A stretch of DNA of 64,000 nt. It comes from Dictyostelium discoideum. Taxonomy: Eukaryota. Position 1 is the first letter of the stretch; every line of letters starts with the position of its first letter. The stretch is from the NCBI GenBank assembly GCA_000004695.1, contig CM000155.2:1216001-1280000 (forward strand). Reading direction: 5' to 3'. Of the stretch, positions 53,043 through 64,000 are shown piece after piece. Under the pieces are notes generated by a model. The model was not told the DNA's origin, searched no databases, and saw only the letters and a list, made by a program, of their open reading frames with translations. A program made the position numbers and the translations under genes.

Positions 53043-53091
<49 letters not shown>

Positions 53092-53572
53092 ATTCTTTTC
53101 TCTGAATTTTTTTTTTTTTATTTTTTTTTAATCCCAAATCGACCCAAATTTTCATTTTTTTCTTTTTTTTTTAATCAATTATTTAATTTTATTTATTTTT
53201 AATATGAATTTAGCATATAAAAATAGAGTTCTGAAAATACACAAAATGATATTAAATTTATAAAAAATGAATGTAATCATTCTTTCTTATAAAATTTTTT
53301 TTTTTTATTTGCCATTTTATTTTTATAATTTAATTATTTAAATAATTAAATGATCATTCATTTTTGAAATTGTTTTTTATTTTAAGGAAATATGAAAATT
53401 AGATTTTTTTTTTAAAAAAAAAACAAATAAAATAATCCAGATATAATTTTTTTTTTTTTTAAAAAAAAAAATAATAAACCAATGAATTATCTTTTTTTAA
53501 AAAAAAAAAAAATTAATTAAAGAAAAGAAGGTTTATTTAATTTATTTGATTTATTTAATTTATTTAATTTAT

Positions 53573-55111
<1,539 letters not shown>

Positions 55112-55612
55112 TTTATATTTGATTATTTTAAATATTATTTAATTTTTTTTTTTTTTTTTTATTTATTTAATTATTTATTTTTATTTATAAATATATTAAA
55201 AAATATATTGTTGTACTTAAGTTTTGTTATTTAAATACAATGAAAAAAAATAAACAATTTAAACTTTTTTTTTCTTTTTTTTTTCATTGTTATTAAAAAA
55301 ATTTTAATTTTTTTAATTATAAAACCCCTTCAAAAATTATTCATTACATCATTTTATAAAATTTTTAAAGAATTAATCTGTAAAAATAAAAAAATAAAAA
55401 AATAAAAAAATTTCATTATCTTAGTTTTTAAAGATTAAAAATCATATTACATAATTATTAATTCTTTTTGGAAATAAATATTAATCTGATTGATTAAATA
55501 ATAATTTAAAAAATTAAAAAAAAAAAATAAAAAAAATAAAAAAAAAAAATAAAATAAAAATAAAAAAAAAATAAAAAAAAAAAAAAAAATAAATGAAAAA
55601 ACGAAAGATTCG

Positions 55613-55653
<41 letters not shown>

Positions 55654-55732
55654 CAATATATTTTTAGATATATATATAAATTTTTTTTTTTTTTTTTTTC
55701 ATACAAAAAAAAGTCACATATAATATAATAAG

Positions 55733-56722
55733 ATGACAGTTGCAGATAAAAAGAAAACCACCACTACTTCTAAAAAAGTTGAAAAAACTATAAATCCATC
55801 TAAAAAAACTACAGAAAAAGAAAACCCAAAAAAGAAATCATCAGTATCAACTCCAATAGAAAATAAATTTAAAGTTGTTGGATTAGAAGAATTATTAAAT
55901 ACTCCAAATAAAAAATCTGAAGTAAAACAAATTAAATTTGATGAAAAAGGTGATAAATTAGTTAACCAAATTTTATCATTTTTTAAAATTCAAGGTATTA
56001 CAAATAGTATGTATACTTTTTTTAGTCGCACACTACACCCAAAAAATAATAAAAATAAAAAATTTTAAAAAAAACTAATTTTTTATTTCTATTTTTATTT
56101 CTATTTTTATTTTTAATAATAATAATAATAATAAAAAGTTAAATTAAATGAATATGAATTATTAGAAAAAGAAATTTCAAATAATAATAATAAAATCATT
56201 AAAAAGGTATCAAATAATTATACATTATTAAGTGAATTAATTAAAAAATTATTAAAAGAAGAATGCAAAGAAATTGAAGCAATTTCAATTTTATTAGTAA
56301 TTACACGTTCCATTTCATCATATAGTTTCCCAAATTTTGTAGAGACAATAATAAAGAAAGATAAGATTAAAATGGTACCAACAATTTGTAAATATTTTAC
56401 AGATTTAAGTAGTGATGATTTAGTATCATTAATTGAATACATCCTCACAAATCAAACATTCAATAAAATTAAAAAACAAATTGAAAAACAACCAACTCAA
56501 TCATTAACTCAACAATCATCAGCTACCGAAATCAATAATTCAATTGAATTGGATACTTTATTATCGTTACCTTTAAATCACGACTTTATGTTAACATCAC
56601 TTCGTTCACTCTCTATCGATTCAGTTTTATTACTTTTAAATTATTTATATTCTCGTATTTCTTTATTCTCATTAAGTGTTGAATTAAATTCTGAAGAAAA
56701 TAATAATAATAATAGTAGTAGC

Positions 56723-56763
<41 letters not shown>

Positions 56764-57001
56764 ATCAAATTTAACATTAAAACAAATTATTGATTGGATT
56801 TCTTTAATTTTCGATACACACTTCCAAGAATTAATTAAAAAGATTGAAAATATTAATCATTACTCCGGTCCAATTCGTTCATTACAAAATAATACAAAAT
56901 CATTCTTTTACACAAAATCATTTATTGACTTTTTAGAAAAATCTTCACTCACAAAATCAATTGAAAATAATGATTATTCAATTTATCATTATAAATTTTA
57001 A
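55733..57001 (+). CDS. hypothetical Lys-rich protein, about 375 aa. Model: join(55733..55994,56139..57001)
   Basis: Exon 1 reads MTVADKKKTTTTSKKVEKTINPSKK...KFDEKGDKLVNQILSFFKIQ with a G|GTATTA donor. Exon 2 after aaaaAG reads VKLNEYELLEKEISNNNNKIIKK...PNFVETIIKKDKIKMVPTICKYF... and continues into track ORF 56372..57001. The frame is consistent at 262/863 nt. No family was recognised. Confidence 0.5.
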
Positions 57002-57014
57002 GATTATTAAAATT

Positions 57015-57056
<42 letters not shown>

Positions 57057-57205
57057 AAAAAAAACAAAAATCCTTTTTTAAAACAATAATTAAATAAAAA
57101 AAAAAAAAAAAAAAATTTTATATGCGTGATTGTTTTTTTATTTATTTATTTATTTATAGATTTTTTATTTTTATTTATTTATTTACATTTTTATATTTTA
57201 TTGAT

Positions 57206-57654
57206 TTAATTATATCTATCTTGTAAATCATTTATAATATTATTTGCAATGTTACTAATTTTATTTGAAATTGAGGTTAAATCAGATCTAGCATTGTATG
57301 CTAAATCTCTTGCTATATTAGAAGCACTTCTTTCACTAAATGATGGTGTTTCATCACGATCATAGTATTGTGCAGATGAAATTGATTTTGAATTTGTAAA
57401 TTTAGAAATACGTTGCTGTTTATCTGAATCCACTTTTTCTTTATCCTCTCCATAATAAGTTGATGATGATATTGATTTTGCATTTGTAAAATTCTTTCTA
57501 GCATAATCTGTTTCATTTTGATGTTGATAATTTTTATTTTCATTATTATTTCTAGGTGATTGATTATTTGGTGACCTATTATTATTATTATAGCTATTAT
57601 TGTTACTATTATTACTGTAGTTTTTATTATTATTATTATTATTATTATTGTAGC

Positions 57655-57694
<40 letters not shown>

Positions 57695-57802
57695 GTTATT
57701 GTTATTATTGTTATTACTATTATTACTATTATTATATTTTTGTGAATAAAGTGGTGATGATGAATCCTGTTTATTTGAAGTTTGATCAACTGAAAAATCC
57801 AT
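57206..57802 (-). CDS. hypothetical Asn-rich protein, 198 aa, with two copies of an about 22-aa motif (F-T-N-[AS]-K-S-I-S-S-x-x-Y-Y-x-[ED]-D)
   Basis: The ORF is continuous from ATG at 57802. The motif copies are RKNFTNAKSISSSTYYGEDKEK and ISKFTNSKSISSAQYYDRDETP. The C-terminus ARDLAYNARSDLTSISNKISNIANNIINDLQDRYN is non-repetitive. Confidence 0.4.
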
Positions 57803-57907
57803 TGAGAATTTTGAGCTTGTATATAGTGATCTCCTATTATAAATTAAGATATAAGGATATTTATATATATTAGTACAAACAATTAATATTAAGGTTAGGG
57901 TTTAATT

Positions 57908-58798
57908 TTAATATACAAACAATTCAGGTGATAAATCAGATCTATTATTTGAATCACTTTCATCTTCATCATTTTCTATATATTCATTATTAAATTTAAA
58001 TGATGATCCACCTTTTTTCTTATTGTTTTTATAGTTATTATTATTATTATTATTGTTATTATTATCAAATTTCTCTTCTTTTTTATCTGGTAATGAATCC
58101 CAATCATCATCAAATGATTTCTGATCAATCTTTTTTGTTGCAACCTTTTTTGTAGAAGTTGATTTTGGTGGTGATGATGAAAAGAAACTATCAAAATCAT
58201 CACTATCATTTTTAGTAGTGGTGGTAGTAGTTGTTGTTGACTTTTGTTGAGAAGACACTTTTTTATCTGAAAAACTAGTAGTTGGTGATTGTTGTTGTTG
58301 TTGTTGTTGTTGTTGTTTTGATTGTAAAATACCACTACCACTACTACTACTTGAATTTGTAGAAAACATTGGTGAAGAGGTTGTTGTTGAAGGATTTGAA
58401 TTAATTGTTGAAATTGATAATGGTGATGGTGTTGTTGGCGCTTGAAGTGGTGTTGATGATGTTGAACTAAATGGTGAAATTTCTTTTAATCTTTTTTATA
58501 TTTTTAAACAATAAGTTATTATTGAATTTAATATGATATTTATATATTTGTATATTATACTTACGCTTTTTTAACTCTTGCATCTAAAATTTGTTTATAG
58601 TTTATACCAACTTGTGATTGATATTTTGATTCAGTATCTCTTATATCACCACCATGTTCTTGAAAGTATTGTTTTGCAACTTGGTTACCACCAAGCTCCA
58701 TATATTTCAATTGTGACATCTTCCAACGATCTAGTTTAATTGATCTTTTATTATGTTCATTATTATTTTAAATAAAAAATAATAAAAAATGAAAAAGT

Positions 58799-58830
<32 letters not shown>

Positions 58831-59067
58831 ATTAATTTTATTTTAAATAAAAAATAAATAAATAAATATATTTTTACCTTACAAAAGTAATATGAGTACC
58901 CATATTACGATGAATTGATGAACAGTCGAAACAAATAAAAACACCAAATGGAATTGAAGTCCATGTAGGACCTCTTGCACGACAATCAAAACATTCTTTA
59001 TTCTCTGTTTTATTTATAAATTTTGAAAAAAATTGGGTTGTTTCTTCAGCTGATAGTATTGGTTCCA

Positions 59068-59068
<1 letters not shown>
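57908..59068 (-). CDS. ADP-ribosylation factor GTPase-activating protein (ArfGAP1-like). Model: complement(join(57908..58490,58565..58744,58878..59068))
   Basis: Exon 1 reads [63 protein letters not shown], the ArfGAP C4 zinc finger with the catalytic Arg, and ends AG|GTAAAA. Exon 2 reads [33 protein letters not shown]..., matching the ArfGAP1 motif FVRS..D.WK..EL..M..GGN. Exon 3 is a Ser/Thr/Gln-rich tail through track ORF 57908..58369. Phases are 191/180/583 nt. Confidence 0.8.
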
Positions 59069-59098
<30 letters not shown>

Positions 59099-59798
59099 TA
59101 ATATAAGAAAATAATATAGTAATTTATTTTATATATATAAAGTGTGTAAAAAAAAAAAAAATGAATTAAGTGTATGTTTTTAGAAAAAAAATTAAATTAA
59201 TTAAAAACCATTTTTTAAGAGTAAAAATTTAATTAAATAAATAAATTTTTCAAATTTTAATTTTTTTTTTTTTTTTTTTTTATTTTTTTTATTTTTTTTT
59301 TTTTTATTATTCCCAACAATATCGTGTCAAATATTTTTGTTTATCCAAAAATGCCACATTGACTTTTGATTTTTAAAATTTAACTTAAATAAATTATTTT
59401 TAGATATTTCAACTAACAAATGTTTCGTTTATTTTTTATTTTTTATCATTATTAGTGTGATTTACTATTAATTATCTATTTTTATAATTTTGTTTTTTTA
59501 ATACAGTTGGTCACACCAGAATTACCAAACAAGCTTTGGTTGTTTGAAAAAAAAAATAATTAAAATAAAAAAAAAATAAAGAAAAATAAATTAATAAAAA
59601 TAGAAAAACTTTCTTTATTAATAAATATAAATTATAAAACAACTATTTATTATTTTTTTTGAAAAAAAAAAAAAAAAAAAAAAAAGAGAGGGAGAATAGG
59701 TAGATAATTGAGCACTAGTTATTAACAATAAAAAAAAAAAAAAATTATTTATTTAATTTTTTTAATTAGTTATTTGTTATTTGTTTTCAACATAAAAC

Positions 59799-60003
59799 TT
59801 ATTCCCAAGCGCCCCATTCATCATTTTCTTCATTATCTTCAGAAGAAGATCTTTTATCAATGACTTCCCAATCATTAAGTTCACCCATTGAACCAACTTT
59901 CCTTCTTAAATTTTGATTTTGTTGCATTTGCATTTGTATTTGTTGTTGTTGTATAAATCTATTTTGTTCTTCCAATGGATTGATATTTTTATTATTATTG
60001 TTA

Positions 60004-60077
<74 letters not shown>

Positions 60078-60508
60078 TACATTATTTACAGGTGTTTCAA
60101 TGATAGTTTCAGTAGCTTTGGGCGAAAGTGGGTGATTAATTCCTTCTGATATTTTTAAAGTTTGTTGAATCTCTTGTGTAACATTTTCTATTTTTTCATC
60201 TTTATTATCACCAACCAATTCTTTCTTATCCTCTCCCACTTTTTCTATGTTTTCATCTTTAATTTCATCAACATTCTTACTATTATTTTCATCTTTATTT
60301 TCATTTTCATCTTTAATTTCATTTTCATCTTTATTTTCATTATTATTTTCATTATTATTTTCATCATCATCATCCCAATTTACCTCATCTTCGTCATCTT
60401 GAGTATTTGATAACAATTTATGATATTGATTTTTTAATTCTCTATAGAAGTTATAAATATAATATAATATCAATATTAATATGTTTGAAAGAGAATTATG
60501 TGATATGG

Positions 60509-60540
<32 letters not shown>

Positions 60541-61083
60541 AACTTACTGATTAAAAAAGTATCTACACCAAAAATCAATTTCATTTACTTTGCTTGGTAC
60601 TAAATGATTGTAATAACTTCTTACCTTATTTACATTGTTATTGTTTGGGTTGGTGGTAGTGTTATTTATATTTGTAAGTAATGAAACTATTTTGGATTGA
60701 TTTTTTGAAATGACAAATGATTTCTTAAATTCATTGTATTTTGGATTTATTGGATCATTCAAGTAAAATTCAATTTCAGATTTTTCAAATTTATCACTAT
60801 TATTAATAGTGTCATTAAGAGAGAATGTTGGTGATGTTGTTGTTGTTGTTATTGTTGCTGTTGAGGTATTAGTTGTTGTTGTTGTTGTTGTTGTTCTCTT
60901 CTTATTTTTAGTTGTATTTGTTGTTATTGCGGATGGGATATAATCGAAAGAATCACCAATTAATGACGGTTGAAGTGAAAGATCATCATTATCTTCCTCA
61001 TCGTCGCTACTGTCATTGCTATCATTACCAACACCATTTTTAATATTGTTGTTGTTGTTATTATTATTATTATTATTATTATA

Positions 61084-61131
<48 letters not shown>

Positions 61132-61466
61132 GTTATTATTAATTTCAGAGGAATTTGCAGTTGGATATTCGGTAATAAAATTTGAAATACCACTTGAAAT
61201 TTTACTCTTTACTTTTGAAATATTTGAAAGAATTGGTGAACTAAATAAACCTATAACTGAATCATGCTTATCTTCCTCAACATCTGAACCATCTTCTACA
61301 ATTGTTATCTTTTTTTCATCATTGTTTTGTTGTTGTTGTTCGCTATTTATAGTTAAATTAGATCCAAATTCTTGGAAATCTTCTTTATAAACATTTATAA
61401 TATCCTCTGACTAAATAAAAAAATATAATTACATATAAAAAAAAAAAAAAAAAGTTAGCACACACT

Positions 61467-61506
<40 letters not shown>

Positions 61507-61536
61507 GAAACAGACTATAATGATAATAAAATTAAA

Positions 61537-61623
<87 letters not shown>

Positions 61624-61823
61624 TTGTAAAATGTAATTACCTTTTGTTTGACTGTATCAACTATGGATGAAAAAGATCCCCAAAATCCTGTGGAAAAGCT
61701 TGGGAGTGAAAAATCGCTATTGGTGGAATTATTGTTGCTGCTGTTATTATTATTGTTGTTGCTATTGTTATTGTCTTCAGTGTCTTTATTATTTGAAAAC
61801 ATGGATTCATAATGGAACTCCAT
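59799..61823 (-). CDS. BSD-domain protein, SYAP1 (synapse-associated protein 1)-like. Model: complement(join(59799..60441,60548..61410,61641..61823))
   Basis: Exon 1 reads MEFHYESMF...FSLPSFSTGFWGSFSSIVDTVKQK with a GTAATT donor. Exon 2 after ttatttAG reads SEDIINVYKEDFQEFGSNL... and runs, via poly-Asn/Thr, into the BSD motif NHLVPSKVNEIDFWCRYFFNQ; it ends CA|GTAAGT. Exon 3 reads ELKNQYHKLL...DDEDEVNWDDDDE...GELNDWEVIDKRSSSEDNEENDEWGAWE*. The acidic W-containing C-terminus and the FW.YF BSD core match SYAP1. Phases are 183/863/643 nt. The first 45 residues of track ORF 59799..60584 are intron read-through. Confidence 0.7.
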
Positions 61824-62779
61824 TTTTTTACTTTTTTAATATTTTTTTTTTTTTTTATTCCTCTTTTTTTTTTTTTTTTTTTTTTTTCTTTGTTGCTAAA
61901 ATCTAAAATGGTTACTTAAAATTGGGATTTGAGAAAAAAAAATAAAAAAATAAAAAAAAAATAAAATTTTTCAATTAAATTTTAAACACACAACGTCCTT
62001 AAAAAAAAAAAAATAAAAAAAAAAAAATAAAAAATTCTTTTTGTTAATTTTTAAAATTTTATTTTTTTTTATTTTATTTTATTTTATTTTATTTTTTTTT
62101 AATTTTTTAACAAAATTTTACTATATTTATTTATTTATTTAATTTTTTTTTTTTTTTTTTTCCAATATAAAAAAGAAAAATAATAGCATATTTGATTTGA
62201 TTTGATTTGATTGTGTGTTCAATTAAAATAAAAATAAAAAAAATAAAAAAAAACAAATAAAAACAATAATAATAATAATAAAAAACAAATAAATAATAGA
62301 TAGTTATTTCACTAAAAAAAAAAAAAAATTAGTGGTGAAGATTTTATAACAAAATTAGCAATTGCTTAAAACTGGTTTGATAAATGTTTTCAATTATGAT
62401 CAAAGTGAATCGTCGTCATCATCACCATTATCATCTTCCATTTTTTTTAATATAAATTAAAAAAAAAAAAAAAAAAAAACAAAAAAAAAAACTATTTTTA
62501 AAAACTAAGTATATTAAAGATAGAATGAGAGTAAAACATTATTATAAAAAAAAAAATTGAAATTAGCTATTAACAATAAAGCATGTTTAAACATTCCTTA
62601 AAAAAAAAAAAAAAAAAAAAAATTCTTTTTTATTTTTTTTTTTTTTTTATCAAGATTTTACCATATTTATTTATTTAATTTTTTTTATATTCGATTTGAT
62701 TTGACTGTATTCAATTAAAATAAAAATAAAAAAAATAGAAATATAAAAACAAATAATAATGAATAAAAATAAAAATAAT

Positions 62780-62836
<57 letters not shown>

Positions 62837-62923
62837 TAATAATAATAATAAAAATATTGAAAAACAAATAAATAATATTAAATAAAAATAAATATTAAAA
62901 AAGTGATAGTAAATATTAAAAAT

Positions 62924-63026
62924 GGCTGGCCTCACTTTTAAGTTTAAATTTTTTTTTTTTTTGTTTTTCTTAATATTTATTTAATTAGAAAAACAGATAA
63001 AAATTTTAACACAAAAGAGGCCAGCC
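62924..63026. repeat. inverted repeat: GGCTGGCCTC (62924-62933) and its exact reverse complement GAGGCCAGCC (63017-63026), with A/T-run flanks, separated by about 83 nt
   Basis: Seen directly as a 10-nt perfect reverse-complement pair of GC-rich decamers in otherwise more than 85% AT intergenic DNA. Confidence 0.6.
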
Positions 63027-63351
63027 CTTTTTTAACGGCACAGAACATTCTCAATTATCCTATTATTACATGAAATATAAAATTTCTAAGAACTTAAGTT
63101 GAAAAATTTGAAAAAAAAAAAAAAAAAAAAAAAATTTTAATTTTTTTTTTATTTTTTTTAATTTCTTTTTTAAAATTTTAATATCAATTTTTTTTATATA
63201 TAGGAAAAAAAAAAAAAAAATAAAAAAATAAAAATATATACAACACTTTTAAAAAAAAAAAAAAAAAAAATTTATTTAGAAATATTAAATTAAATTAAAT
63301 TAAAATAAATTAAATTTTAAAAATTAATAATAATAAAATTATAATAATCAT

Positions 63352-63510
63352 ATGTGCATGCACCCAAAAGAATTAAAAAATAATTTAGTTAATCATTTAA
63401 AAAATAAAATGGACCATAATTTAAGCCAAGATAACTCGAACTCAAATACAGAACCAACTCAAGAAACATTAGATATTTCAGATTTAACTGTTTACGAATC
63501 AAATATTCAA

Positions 63511-63594
<84 letters not shown>

Positions 63595-63777
63595 AATAGT
63601 TTAGTTGAAGAAAAAATAAATAATAAAATTGAATGTCCTGTCTGGGTATCATCAGTTGACAAAAAAAGAAATGATCATTTATTATTTTATCAACATGGAA
63701 ATAATGACTCATTTCTAGTTAATCTTGAAGAATATAATTTTGTTGGATTTGGTAGATCTACAAGTCGTATGTATTAA
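63352..63777 (+). CDS. hypothetical protein at the window edge, 141 aa if TAA 63775-63777 is used; a GTATGT motif at 63766-63771 could instead be a donor leading out of the window
   Basis: The ATG at 63352 begins an ORF with a non-repetitive C-terminal part, ECPVWVSSVDKKRNDHLLFYQHGNNDSFLVNLEEYNFVGFGRSTS. No family was recognised. Confidence 0.3.
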
Positions 63778-63853
63778 ATCTTTTTTTTTTTATTTCAAAA
63801 AAATCCTTTTTTTCCCCTTTTTTTTTTTTTTTTTCCCCCATTTTTTTTTTTTT

Positions 63854-63906
<53 letters not shown>

Positions 63907-64000
63907 CACAACAGCCAAAAAATAAAATATCTAACATTCAAAAAAAAAAAAAAAAATCTAAAAAAAAAAAAAATCTAAAAAAAAAAATCTAAAAAAAAAA

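Overview
This is a eukaryotic nuclear window, not a prokaryotic one, and almost certainly Dictyostelium discoideum. The evidence is about 75-80% A+T, long (AAT)n/(CAA)n tracts encoding poly-Asn/Gln inside genes, short AT-rich introns with GTAAGT/GTATGT donors and AG acceptors, and a hisactophilin gene. The ORF track uses TTG/GTG as starts, so several track 'M' residues are not real; gene models were rebuilt by hand from splice signals and remembered homology. No search was run, and hand-derived exon boundaries carry about +/-2 nt uncertainty. The window is gene dense, with about 26 protein-coding genes and 1-3 exons typical. The families recognised are: an HSDL2-like peroxisomal SDR; ALG11 mannosyltransferase; an RBR E3 ligase; proteasome alpha-2; Rab3GAP catalytic subunit; a UBR1-type N-recognin; a BLM-like RecQ helicase; a MATE transporter; BUB3; hisactophilin; EIF1AD; an ATPase-inhibitor IF1-like protein; a vWA/P-loop GTPase protein; a SMYD-type SET/MYND protein; a PIP5K-type lipid kinase; a small N-myristoylated protein; a Frizzled/Smoothened-like 7TM receptor; a KCTD/BTB protein; an MFS-like transporter; ArfGAP1; and a SYAP1/BSD-domain protein. 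Non-coding features are a tRNA-Pro(UGG) gene with a downstream external B box, a candidate box C/D snoRNA, G-rich/CA-rich promoter elements, microsatellites and a 54-bp tandem duplication. No CRISPR array, no retrotransposon and no prokaryote-style system is present. The most notable observations are two apparent single-base frameshifts inside otherwise well-conserved genes (Rab3GAP1 and the UBR1-like gene), a segment of anomalous doubled-base composition at 841-1520, the snoRNA candidate, and a protein combining vWA, P-loop GTPase and ubiquitin-like domains.
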